From Pecten maximus (lineage: Eukaryota): a DNA stretch of 64,000 nucleotides. This document shows, one piece after another, positions 22,812 to 36,900 of the stretch. The stretch lies in contig NC_047032.1 in NCBI RefSeq assembly GCF_902652985.1, forward strand, positions 28,024,001-28,088,000, given 5' to 3'. Position 1 is the first letter of the stretch. Every line of letters begins with the position of its first letter. A program made the position numbers and the translations under genes. A model generated the notes under the pieces. It worked only from the letters and a program-made list of their open reading frames with translations. It was not told where the DNA came from and did no database searches.

Positions 22812-24276
22812 TATTACAACATTGGCCTACTTTCAGATCAATTTTTAAATGATGCGCAGACATTTTCACATTTCTATATTTCGTGCAAAATTGATGAAAT
22901 ATATCTGCATAAAAATATCCAAATTTGCGTTATTTAATGAGCTAATATTATAGCTAAAACTGTTATGTCTAAGGAAGAACACCGTCTTCTCCAATATCTA
23001 CATCACAGAAACATTATTTTTGATGAAACTATAAAAATAAATAAATAGATAAAATTCGGCGCTAAGGCAAACATGTCCAGAGCTGGATTGAATGGTTAAG
23101 AAATATGTTGCAGCCTTGTGTATATACGATGAAGCAAAACAAAACAATTTGTTAAAATATACGAATTTATTGCTCTTGTGAGGTATGTCTACAATAAACG
23201 CTAACATTTAAACGTGTAGGCGGGCTATGATATAACGCAGAATACCTGTAATTTAAATACCAACGATATGGATATCACTTTGACAGTGTATTCCATTAGA
23301 TATACTCCTGTAAAAGGCACACAAATAGTAATGAGGTGAGTATGTTTAAGTTTACGAAGTATCTTGGTATTTAAAATTCTTACATACAAAACTCAATGTG
23401 ATCATGGAGCTACTGTAACGCTAGTGTAGATAAGCATATATATATAGTTACATGGAACATAAACAACATTGCTTCACTCTGAGTTACTAGTTAGGAGACC
23501 TCTGTATATAGACATTGGTTTCCTTTCCTTATCTCGTCTTTCGTTAATATGAATATAAGAAGGATACGAGACATAATCAGGCATTAAAGTATTGAACATG
23601 ATGTTAAACTAAGATCATCACTTGCCTTTTAAAAATCCTATCCACTCCTCCTTATCTTAATCAAAGATACATGAAAATGAACTTATTTCTGTACTTCGTT
23701 GCTAGACCAAACTAATTAGATAAGTAAGAATAATTTGGGTAAACGTCATAAAATAATTGGGTAAACTTAATAATATTCTAGGTAAACGTCGTTACAGGTT
23801 GGATAGTGAGTGAATAGTTTATTGCCTCTAAAATTGACTGAAAGTGTCCTGGTATTTGTCGTAACATACAGTAAAAAAAACATCATGAAATAACATATTT
23901 GTAATTCCATTGAAGATAAATAGTTTTAATCTGTTTAAAACACGATTATGTATACAAAGAATATTTGCATAAAATAAAACCTGACACGACATTTATGTAA
24001 AGAATGTCTTTATAAAAGTAAATAGTCACTGAACCAATACAATCAAGTTATTCATAAAAACAATATTTGAAATCGCAATATTTGGTCCATAGTAAATTTT
24101 CAAATGTTAATTACATAAGTAAAAAAACAAATTTAGCCCATTAGAAAATGTACTATTCATTTATCAAAATATGAATAGCACGTCATCTTGGTATAAATCT
24201 CAAACACCAGATAGACCAGTTTATTTATGGAACATATCATCGCTATTAGTTTCAGTTGATCACGTGATGTCCAGTA

Positions 24277-27200
24277 TCACGTGTGAGGTTCGGCTGACAG
24301 TGCCTTCACAAATTCTGGAAGAAAAGTTAATAACTATTATTTAATCATTTTTATCTTATGTTAGGTGTCCTCAGAATAACGACAATCGTATAGTTTTTAG
24401 CTTATACCATTCTATCGACTTAAAACACTCACTAAATACTTCATATGTGTATAAAATGTTCAAATCATTCCATTATTTCGCATATTGAGAGTAATTTATA
24501 ATCAGTTAATAATCCAAACACATAAACCCTAGAATACTGGGATATGAGCATATTCGTTCTCTTACCGTCTATAGAAATTTTTCCGTCACTGTTTACGTCG
24601 ACAAGTCTGAAGACCTCCTCGGCCTCCTGGTCAGACATTTTCTCCCCCATACCCCTGAGAACCTGCTTGAGTTCCCCTTTGTCCAGGTAACCGTTTCCGT
24701 CACGATCGAAGGTACAAAAGGCCTGTCGGAGTTCCCGGTCTTGAAAATCTAGTAGAGCTACGTACTCTTCCATCATCGTCTCAAACTCCCGATAACTAAT
24801 ACATCCATTTCCTGTAAAGACACGCGATTTTCATGTATGTAAACCCTAACAATCTAGTAATATTATATCTTTGTAGGATAACCACTGAAGCATTGATGTA
24901 GCACTTAACTTAGTATCTTTCTTCTCTACAAACCACCCTACATTCTTATGAATAGCAATAACGTTAGGAATTCAGTTCCAAACAGACAAATCACCCAATA
25001 ACATCAACTACTATCAGTTTTCTATCGACGATACTCTTTTAGTCTTAACTAAATGTAATTGTTAATTATACAGAAAAAAATGGTTATAGAATTACTTTGT
25101 ATACTTTCGTAAATAGAACCATGAATATCCGGGTAGTGACAATAGGATTGCTTTATAATTCTAAGATGATTAAAACTTTAGAAAAACGTCATTTCTTAAT
25201 GTACACCGATGGATTGTTTAATCCGTAAGTTTTATAAACGTGCTATGGATAAGGATACATACAAAATATAAAATTTAACGTAGACGTAAAACATTTTGGT
25301 CAACGATCAAATCTTAGTATGAGGACAATTATATAATACTGCACTTACTGTCTTTGTCAACTTTTCTGATCATTGCCATAGCTTCTTCTCGCGTTGGCTT
25401 CATTTTGAGCATGCGCGCAGCTGTCATAACTTCATTTACGCCAAGACTTCCGTTTCCGTTTGTGTCTAATTGGCGAAACAGCTTCTTCATCACTGGAGGT
25501 AAAAAAAATGTTTTGTGACTACTATCCAACGCCTAATCAACACGTTCAGTTCATTTAAGGATGATGTCTATTTAAAGTGGCTATTCTAAAGTAACATATG
25601 GGGATGGAAGCTGAGGGACACCAAGCGCCATGGTCATATGATGGGTGTGTATATTGGAAGAAAAACAACTAGCGATAGGGGTCAATCCACGGTAATAAAG
25701 GGTGTGGTTAGGGCTGCACAACATACCAATGTTTTATGAGCAATAGTACCTACGAAACAAAACCCCAGGATTTGCAGGGGACATCAACAGCAATGGTTAC
25801 ATGAGTACTATTTAAAGGGGAAAGGGGGATGGAGCGTTTGAAAAGGATTAAAAGGGACCATCAACATCCATATCAATTTAAGACGGATTTTTTTTTAGAA
25901 AATCATCAGCCAGAGCCATACGAGACGGATTTATAAGTACACATCCACTGCTAGGGCCAGGCTATATGAGGAATGAGTTAAAGGGAACATCATCAGCCAG
26001 GGACATTTGAGACGGAATTGTAGGGGTAGCATCAACAGCAAGGGATATTTGAGACGGAATTGTAGGAGTAACATAAACAGCCAGGGACATTTGAGACGGA
26101 ATTGTAGGAGTAACATAAACAGCCAGGGACATTTGAGACGGAATCGTAGGGGTAACATCAATAGCCAGGGACATTAGAGACGGAATTGTAGGGGTAACAT
26201 CAACAGCCAGGGACATTTGAGACGGAATTGTAGGGGTAACATCAATAGCCAGGGACATTAGCGACGGAATTGTAGGGGTAACATCAATAGCCAGGGACAT
26301 TAGCGACGGAATTGTAGGGGTAACATCAATAGCCAGGGACATTAGAGACGGAATTGTAGGGGTAACATCATCAGCCAGGGACATTTGAGACGGAATTGTA
26401 GGGGTAACATCAATAGCCAGGGACATTAGCGACGGAATTGTAGGGGTAACATCAATAGCCAGGGACATTAGCGACGGAATTGTAGGGGTAGCATCAACAG
26501 CCAGGGACATTAGAGACGGAATTGTAGGGGTAACATCAATAGCCAGGGACATTTGAGACGGAATTGTAGGGGTAACATCAATAGCCAGGGACATTAGAGA
26601 CGGAATCGTAGGGGTAGCATCAATAGCCAGGGACATTAGAGACGGAATCGTAGGGGTAACATCAATAGCCAGGGACATTAGAGACGGAATTGTAGGGGTA
26701 ACATCAACAGCCAGGGACATTTGAGACGGAATTGTAGGGGTAACATCAACAGCCAGGGATATTTGAGACGGAATTTTAGGGGTAACATCAATAGCCAGGG
26801 ACATTAGAGACGGAATTGTAGGGGTAACATCAACAGCCAGGGACATTAGAGACGGAATTGTAGGGGTAGCATCAATAGCCAGGGACATTTGAGACGGAAT
26901 TGTAGGGGTAACATCAATAGCCAGGGACATTTGAGACGGAATTGTAGGGGTAACATCAATAGCCAGGGACATTTGAGACGGAATTGTAGGGGTAACATCA
27001 ACAGCCAGGGACATTAGAGACGGAATTGTAGGGGTAACATCAATAGCCAGGGACATTAGAGACGGAATTGTAGGGGTAACATCAATAGCCAGGGACATTA
27101 GAGACGGAATTGTAGGGGTAACATCAATAGCCAGGGACATTAGAGACGGAATTGTAGGGGTAACATAAACAGCCAGAGACATTTGAGACGGAATTGTAGG

Positions 27201-28627
27201 GGTAGCATCAATAGCCAGGGACATTTGAGACGGAATTGTAGGGGTAACAACAGCCAGGAACTTGAGACGAATTTATAGGGACATATCCACGGGCATATGA
27301 GGACCGGTTTACTTTGGGACATCAACAACCAGGGCAATGTGAGGACGAATTTAAAGGGAAACATCAACAGCCAAGGCAATGTGAGGACGAATTTAAAGGG
27401 AAACATCAACAGCCAAGGCAATATGAGGACGGATTTGAAGTATGAGGACGGATTTGAAGGGTAACATCAATATCCAGAGCCATATGAGGACGGGTTATAG
27501 AACATCAACAACCAGGGCCATATGAGGACAGATTTAAAGGTAAACATCAACAGCAAGAGCCATATGAGGACGGATTTGAAGGGTAACATCAATAGCAATG
27601 ACCATAGAGGGCGGGTTATAGAACATCAACAGCCAGGGTCATATGAGGACAGAAATCCAGATGGACACCAAAACAGAAACAGTAAACAAGGAGGAAACGA
27701 ATCGACAAAACTGTTGCACAATGGGCATCAGCTCAATTTTAAACAATAAGTGTTTTGGTAGCACTTCCAGAGAATGTCGATAATATGGCTTATCATTAAA
27801 GTTTGGCATATACTGAATTGTTTGTTTACATATAATGCATTCACATTTAAAGACGGTATCCAGTTGTATGTCTTGTTCATTTCTTTGTAATATAGAGCAC
27901 AGTTGTTCAAACGGTGATTAGCGTAATCACTTGATAAGTGAGAATCTCATTTCTCCTTTATTTAAAAATCTAGTTGCATGTAGGAGGAGACTGACAAGTG
28001 CTATAGTTTCATCTTTTGTCAAATAAGTTTTACCACAAATGGTTTTATTAGGTTCCCAACTTTTTTTCCTATCATCACTGGCTAGACAAGGAATGACGAA
28101 TTCGAAACAGCTGTATGATTAATATTTAGCTATGAAAGGGCGAAATAGCTGTATATGTAATACAGTGTGTACTAGTACATATATGTATTAAGATATGAAA
28201 GGACGAAATAGCCGTGTGATTAATATTTAAATATGGAAGGACCAAACAGATGTACGATTAATATTTAATGTTTTGTTATTTTTTATCAAACCCTTGAAAT
28301 GTATCTTCATGTATATAATTATATCCTTTTGGACAAATTGATTTATAACCCTTTTCCCTAGGATGTTCAGATTTTACCGTCGTTTACAAGTCTGCGTTGT
28401 CTTGTGTAGTTTCTTACCTATTTCGGTCGCATATATCTGAAGACTGTCAATGTCCGGTAGTAGGTCAAAGTCTTCCTCATGTACAAGATAGAAGGATTTT
28501 CTTTAGAGCGAAATGTGTTTTCTAATCATCATCATAGATGAATTTGGTAATTGACAGAAATAATGGACTCACCTTTTTTAAATGTCCGTTCGTCTTGTAG
28601 TTCCCGAAGAGCTATTTTCTGGTCCAT
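24277..28627 (-). CDS. Calmodulin-like four-EF-hand calcium-binding protein (about 160 aa; first coding exon tentative)
   Basis: Exons 28627-28573 (tentative, MDQKIALRELQDERTFKK), 25492-25349, 24811-24566, 24314-24277, all joined by phase-1 GT-AG introns. EF loops are DTNGNGSLGVNE, DKDRNGCISYRE, DRDGNGYLDKGE and DVNSDGKISIDE. The protein ends FVKALSAEPHT*. It is too divergent to be canonical calmodulin. Confidence 0.85.
25770..27650. repeat. 42-bp minisatellite: about 30 homogeneous copies (25985-27260) with degenerate flanking units, inside an intron of the EF-hand gene
   Basis: Unit GACGGAATTGTAGGGGTAACATCAATAGCCAGGGACATTAGA. Confidence 0.95.
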
Positions 28628-30619
28628 TATCGTTACTGTATCTATATGAATATAAAAAATAGTTACATCAAACAGATATGTGTATTCTTTTTCATTACAG
28701 ATTAATGATATCGCAAAATCAGAGGAACACAACTTCAAAACTGCTATGAAAAGAGTGCATCTTTACCATTCCCGTTGGAATGTGACCCTTTAAAATCTGG
28801 CTTTATTGAGGACAGTTGACACCATACGTTTACAATTCCGATCTGAGAAATCCAGCCGTCTTCTTTACATACGAGGGGTGATTCCAGATTTTTTAAGTTG
28901 CTTATTCGATCAATATGACTATTGAATGTTTACATTATTTCTTGAATTGGTACTACGTTCGTCATGACGGTAGTGGTTCTTACAAACGTAAGCAGACACA
29001 GCCATCGTTCTTGGATGAGGGGGTGTGGATTTGCGTAGGGTTTAACGATACTATCTAGAGTAATGATAGCCGCTGACGTATAAAAACACAATCAGAAATA
29101 TATCATATGAAAATAAAATAAAATCGATGATAAAAATCCTCGCTGCGTGACATTACACCATTGTTGTTTACACGGTACGTATGGCCATCGATTCTCACTT
29201 ACAATAGATACATTTCTAAAGTTGAAAGTGCTATCATATACATCGATCGCCTCGTATCTATTGTTCCGACATTGATCCTTCGCTATCCGTTCGCTGATAT
29301 CCAATAACATGCTTTGCTGTCTGTTATAGATCTTGCGGCACGCGCTGGATTTTAAACGTGCTCTGAATACGATAACACTTAATTATTTCGCTCTGTTATA
29401 AAAAAAAAAGTTTCCTCGGTTTAATGAACCATTGCATGAATTTCAAACTTGTGTTTAACTGTTAGCAGAAATATAAATATAAATGTATGTATACCCATCA
29501 TTTTCTAGATGCAAACGTAAGTCGACCAGTTAATAAGTTAACCAGCCTTAATATACCTCTTCATTAATTGCATTATTCCTGGCTTCCAGTAAGTAATCTC
29601 TAAGCCAATAAAGGTTAAAATCGCGGTTCAGAATTAGGTCTTGTGCCTAACTGGGTGCACACTTTCACGACATGGCGAGAATGCTGACTGCCATTATTGG
29701 TCCAATAATACCGTATTGGGAAATTATCGGATACGGTAATCGGAAAGCCTATCGTGGGTATTTCAATAATGTTCTTTGGAAAGGTAACTACGGATGTCCT
29801 TATGTCTTTCTTAATGTTTTGGAAACATAAATAATTAATTTAGATCTGCAGAAATGGTCCATTCCAAATAATGATGATGTAATAATGTAATGGTTTTTTA
29901 TCGTGGTAATAATTTTATGATCCATTTTGTTATGCAGATTAAAGAATTGGTACTTGCATGTTTTAATTTGTGAAAATTTCTATTGATACAACCACAGTGA
30001 GTTGAATTATCATAGGACACCAACGTGAGGACGGGTATTTCTTATGGTCAGTATATAAAATATTTAGAAAAATGATCGAATCATTTCTTCTAGAAAAACC
30101 AATGTCATTTATAAGGCAAGCATCCATTGCAGTGGTTCTTGTACAGTTATGGAGGTCATTTGTAGGGGGTGTTGAGTATATGTATGTGATACTATATGAA
30201 TGTCATTTCCGTGGATGACGACGATAATATGTAGTGTAACGAACAGAAATGTTAATTCAGAGATGGAGATGATATTCTCTGGTGTTATATATAGAAATGT
30301 CAATTTCGAAGGTGCTATTGATATTCTCTGGTGTTATATATAGAAATGTCAATTTCGAAGGTGCTATTGATAAAACATGTATGTGTATCATGACTAGGCG
30401 TCTAGTTCGTGTCTATGGCATATACAGTTTTATGAAACGGAAAAGTAAGTTTTAGTAAATATTGATAATCATAGAAAGATTACAAGTGACATGTTTGTAG
30501 TATGAAAGATGACGATATGTTTGGTATGATGAATAGATGCTGAAAGTTTTAATCACTCTCAATAATGATAGTATGAGACTATCAGCAAGTTGTAGTGAAT
30601 GTCGGTGGGGATATGTAGC

Positions 30620-31497
30620 GTTATGAAGTGTAATTATATTGTATTGAACATCGATCGTGATATGTAATGTTGAGGAGTGTAATAAGATTGTAATGAACAT
30701 TGTTTGTGACATGAAGTGATATGGAGTGTAATAAGATTGTAATGAACATTATTTGTGACATGTAGTGATATGGGTGTAATAAGATTGTATTTAACATTGT
30801 TTGTGACATGAAGTGTTATGGAGTATATCAAGATAATAATGAACATTGTTTGTGACATGTAGTGTTATGGAGTATATCAAGATAATAATGAACGTTGTTT
30901 GTGACATGTAGTGTTATGGAGTATATCAAGATAATAATGAACATTGTTTGTGACATGTAGTGTTATGGAGTATATCAAGATAATAATGAACGTTGTTTGT
31001 GACATGTAGTGTTATGGAGTATATCAAGATAATAATGAACGTTGTTTGTGACATGTAGTGTTATGGAGTATATCAAGATAATAATGAACATTGTTTGTGA
31101 CATGTAGTGTTATGGAGTATATCAAGATAATAATGAATATTGTTTGTGACATGTAGTGTTATGGAGTATATCAAGATAATAATGAATATTGTTTGTGACA
31201 TGTAGTGTTATGGAGTATATCAAGATAATAATGAACATTGTTTGTGACATGTAGTGTTATGGAGTATATCAAGATAATAATGAACATTGTTTGTGACATG
31301 TAGTGTTATGGAGTATATCAAGATAATAATGAACATTGTTTGTGACATGTAGTGTTATAGAGTGTAATAAGATAGTATTGAACATTGATGGTGATATGTA
31401 GTATCATGGAGTGTAATAAGATAGTATTGAACATTGATGGTGATATATAGTATCATGGAGTGTAATAAGATAGTATTGAACATTGATGGTGATATGT
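30620..31497. repeat. 49-bp minisatellite, about 17 copies
   Basis: Unit GAACATTGTTTGTGACATGTAGTGTTATGGAGTATATCAAGATAATAAT. Confidence 0.93.
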
Positions 31498-33609
31498 ATA
31501 ATATAATGTATTGTAATTAGAATATATCTGCTGTTGAAGGGATCGTTTTACATTTGCATGACAATTGCACTTTATAAGCTTTAATAATATGAAGTCTTAC
31601 ATATCAATCATCCTCGTATTATAATAATGTATATGTCTACTTTCGTGAGACCACCTAACATCATAGTTGTAACTTAAGGAATATCGACAGTACTCCGTTT
31701 AAATGGCGCGAAGTCTCATTAATAATCAACCGTTCAATCAAAAATATACGAATTCGCAGCGATATACTTATAGTATTTATAGTATTATAAATGCCAGTAT
31801 TATTTGTAATTAATGTTGATGGTAATAGTGGTATAAACTCTTAAGACATGACTGTTCTTACCCTAATGGTAAGATTGTAGGAAAGTCACATATATAGGAG
31901 CGAATATTACTAAAAATGTATACAACACTACACTATACAACTGTTATGTCCTTCCATGATTCGTCAAATCAACCTATCAATTCCAACATTCTACACTAAT
32001 TGAAGCTACTTACAGGTTTAAGTGGTGATTTAAAATGGCATGGGTTGTATATAGTTTGTATAGTTGCATAACTAATGAACCATAATCCGAGGACAAAATC
32101 GATTACATTCTGGTAATTTTCCATTTGCTTTTTTTTATATTTTGTTAAAACATGTCACTTTGGTGTTTGTGACCAATGGTCATGTAAACAGATGATTGTC
32201 ATTTAAATAGCTCCCTGTGGCATCAATTTACCACTTCTTTGATTCGTTTTGTTGCGGGGATCCTGAGCTGCTAATCATCTTAATTGTTTCGCTTTAAAGT
32301 ACTATTGATACAAAACAAAGTTTTGTATTTTAGTCAATACAAAACTAGATTTTATTTCTGAAATCCTTGAAATACTTGGCTTTAACACAAGTCTTCATAG
32401 ATTTGTATTTAAATGTACGAATACCGTCTTGTTAGGAAATTACATATCATCGGTACAGTTAATTAACACGAAATGACAATTTACTTGGAATGACTTTTTT
32501 TATGAAAAGAGCAGTTTGATTGTCTCATGTAGTTAATGAAGCTATAGTATAGTGGATACGTGATTTACTGAAAACCCTTTAAAACTTAAAAGGCTAGTTC
32601 AATTTACCCACCAGGACGACGAACGTATTCATCATTTAGGTCTTTGTTTGGTTAATAAAAACACTTCAGCAAAATGGGATGGTATGAAGTCAGGTGTACA
32701 AACCAACTGAATAGGAACAGTGTTTTTTTTTCATAATTCGATAATTTAAATGGCTGAAGGTTATCTTCGTATAAACGTCGATAGATAATGCCTTTTCAAA
32801 TATTTGTATATACTTTGTAGAACTTCAATTGTGATTTCAAAAAGGTTTCGTAAGTCTAGTTAAAAAAACAAGACAATGTCGATTACTGGTATTTTTGGCT
32901 CTGCTTCATTGTATGGTAACGCATCAAAACCTTGGTAAATCACTGCATTGTTGGTAAGATTGGCGATGATTTTAATTTTGCTGTATTTGCGGTCATTGAA
33001 TATAGCACGAAAATAAATACCCAGCGAATATCTATGCCCTCAATTATAGATATTTGATATATTCACAAAAGTGTGTGAAATTTTTCGCCTGGTAACTGTT
33101 TGTGCAACATGGCGGTGTTGCGCAAATTTAATAACCGCTAACTAGTTCCGCTGGGACAACCGCAAAAATTAACAATTGTACAGTAGAATGAGCCACAAAG
33201 TTAACTAAAATACCAAGCGTTAAGGTTGATTTAACGTTACAATGTATGCTAGATATAACTTTACTATAACGTGGCAAAACTGAAGAAAATGATTGTTCTA
33301 TACTAAAATGTGATATATGTATAAAGAACTACATTGTATTTGTTATAAAAGACAACAAATACACTTTATAAAAAAACATAGAGAATATCGACATAATGAC
33401 GAAACCGTAACTTTAACTCAATATTGAAAAAACGGGGACAAAAACAACAGGGAATGCCAACATGATAATAAAACCTTAATGCATACTCATTTTTGATAAA
33501 ACGAGGGGAAAACATAAGGAAAAATATAGATTTAGTTGGAGAACATTGAAAGAGTACAATGACAAGACTAGGTGTTCTCTAGAGTAAGCGTCTTCGGCTT
33601 CATCGGCAA

Positions 33610-33960
33610 CACCGCCATACAAATCTAGGTCACAGCGACACCCGCCATACAAATCTAGGTCACAGCGACACCCGCCATACAAATCTAGGTCAAATCGACG
33701 ACACCCACCATACAAATCAAGGTCAAATCGACGACACCCACCATACAAATCTAGGTCAAATCGACGACACCCACCATACAAATCTAGGTCAAATCGACGA
33801 CACCCACCATACAAATCAAGGTCAAATCGACGACACCCACCATACAAATCTAGGTCAAATCAACGACACCCACCAAACAAATCTAGGTCAAATCGACGAC
33901 ACCCACCATACAAATCTAGGTCAAATCGACTACACCCACCATACAAATCTAGGTCAAATC
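33610..33960. repeat. 33-bp minisatellite (first units 30 bp), about 11 copies
   Basis: Unit CACCATACAAATCTAGGTCAAATCGACGACACC. Confidence 0.93.
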
Positions 33961-36900
33961 CGAGCGTAGTCAGATTCTCAAAAATTGAATACTAATACAT
34001 AACAGAATAAAATGTATACTAATAACAGTATTCGACACCGGAAATATCTACTGACGACTGATTTTTTTTCAAGTTTTCACTGTATATATGACTTAAATAT
34101 GAACTGTCACACGAACGTTGGCGTTTGTCATCAGTGAGGGCACCTATAGTTTTAATTTAGTAGGTCAATCTAAGTGTGAGCCCCAATATAACGACTAGCG
34201 ATGCTTGGCAAGTTTCGATAGAAAGACGTTGCCAGGGTTTCAAGGGAATTGCCGTCGTCAGCGTGGCGTAGTAGGCGAGCGAAAGGTTAGGATCGATAGC
34301 ACTTGATTGATTTTCCTGGAGACCTAAGACGATATTCACCTTTCCATGATAACAAGCAATCATTATATCGTTCTACCACACAGGCAAAATCTGTTTTAAA
34401 GAACAATCTAATTTTCTGAGTATCTTACTTTATTTTGATCACTTAGGATAAACAAAGACTGCTGATCATTTATACCGAATACAAACTGCACATTGTAAAT
34501 AAACAAGAGGTAAAAAATTAAGACGAAATTAAGAAGGAATAAATATTAGAATATACCAGTTCTACCAATAGAAGAAACAATATATTAGAAAATACAAATT
34601 CCGCTAATAAAAGGAACAGTATATTAGAATGAACCAGTTCTACAAATAAGAGGAAATTGATATTGAATTGTACCAGGTCCACCAATAGGAGTAGAGTAAC
34701 AAAATAGTTATAACAATAGAATAAAGAGAATATTAGTAATAATTAGTCCATTCAAATAAACCAGAGTACTACATCTGAACTATTGAACATGAATTTAAAT
34801 CGAGATGATAGTTTCATTTAGCATGCATATTCACCAAAAACAAACAATGTCATTTTCGATTTTTTTTACATATCTAATAAATATTCACCACAGCTGTATG
34901 ATGTCCCTGTCACCATTGACGAGACCTACAAGGACGAAATAACTGTATTTTGCTGTTTCATAATCACCATATAATGTATCTAATGCTAAATTGATATCGA
35001 CAAGATTCTCTTTACTCATAATTACGGCTGTTATCTATCGAATAAGAATCCCTTCACTATCGATAACTAATCGCGTGTTTTACAAGACCATTTCACAATG
35101 GAAATGGTTTGAAACCTTGGTAAATATTACAACTCTATCAATGATCGAAACGTTAAGATATTCTGGTGCGGTTTTGTATTCACAATTTGTTTTGACATAC
35201 CCGTTGTAGTTTTACTATATTCATATTTAATAGTCCTTTGTTGTTAATGTGTGTCTTTGGTACATTTTTGTTAGCATACACTATTTCATAAGATGACGGG
35301 AATAACATAGAAACCACTATAAATATACACTAAAGAAAAATAACTAGATATAGCAGAACGAATCACCTTCACGGTCAATTATCAGTATAGCTGGCAGCTC
35401 ACACCATCGAGATGATGATGAACAGGTTCTACAAAAAGTAATACAAATGAAGAGTTATAAAAAGTATAGCTAAAAATGAATTGAAAGTCATTCCTACCTC
35501 TATCAGGGTTCCAACTTACCTTAATACGATCGCATGAATATCACGACCACAGCTGTACGTTTAGACTCACTGAAGTTTATGTAAGTACAAATATTTGTTT
35601 TTACCTGTAATACAATGCAGCTATTATAACAACTTTGTTGACGTTGATTTGATACCTAACGCGCATGCGTGCTAATGCACGGCGGAAACAGAGCAGGTCA
35701 TTGTTACATTGTTGACTAGATGCTGGGTAAATCTACCTGTTTATTTACATACAAACCTTAGACTTGTTAGCTTAATAATAAAACGTTTTAAAACATGTAG
35801 AAGAGGTAAGTTAAACATTCTTATCGCGATTAAAACGTGCATCAATCAAGGCATAACCTTAAACCTGGAGTCCCGAAATTAAGATTATTTTGAGCAAAAT
35901 CAAGCATGGACATTATTTTTATGTGGTTTCTTAGCTGGTTGTTCTTTGGCCAGTAGAAGTTGGTCGATATATCAGCCAATCAGGAGTGATCAACCCGAGT
36001 TCAACAGCCAGATAGAATACGTATATTTGTAACGGTATCTTCCATCTGTATATTAAAACCTGTATTTAAGATTATATTGTCATACGTCGCTGTGAACATC
36101 ATACCCCCACTGACCCCGTACACAACCTGTAGTTTGTTACGGGTATTGAATTATACCTGGTGTGTCAGGAGAGGGGCAGGGGTATCCACAGCGAGTCACG
36201 AGAGTCGTATCGATCACTGGTATCAACACAATCATGTTACAACAGCTCGGGGCAGTATTAATGGCTCAATGACAGGTTACATATTTAAACTCAAATCAAT
36301 CAAATCAAATCAAATATTTTTTTTTATTTAAGTGTCACATATCAGATGCATAATACATATACACATTCTTCATAGAACATTTGAATCTGACGTCCATCCC
36401 ACATTGGAATTATAATACACCAAGTTAAAACAATTTCAATAATATATCACAATTAATAACTATTTGTATGAAATTTGTTGTCCTCGTCGACATAAAATAC
36501 AGCAGGTTTTGGCTGTAACACGTAATGCACTATGATTACTGAGGATCGCTGACATTTTATCCGTATTATTCATGTAGTTAAAATTATCAATGAAAGATGG
36601 AGCGTAGGCATGGGGCTCATAACTAATGTCAGCATACATTGGACATTCAAATTTAAAAAAAAAAGCAGTTCACATTCTACTTGGTCTGTACAATTAAAAC
36701 CAAGCAATGTCATGTTCACAAAATGAGAACCGTGTAAGTGATAACGAAACCAAAAGAAATACTAATAGGTACAACAGTGTAATAGTATGTCAACTACGAA
36801 ATTTCACCTATTGAACTATTTAAGGGTTCGTCTGTGATCGCCCGGAACAGAACGCTGAAATCGTGTGTTATGAAGACAAAGTCGAGAGTATAGACCAGAG

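Noticed and set aside
25962-27224. 420-aa repetitive ORF
   Set aside because: Translation of a 42-bp minisatellite inside an intron. The EF-hand gene splices in frame without it.
36290-36720. Possible decayed LINE 3' end with (ATTTG)n tail
   Set aside because: Only a faint Cys-motif resemblance; too degenerate to support as a feature.
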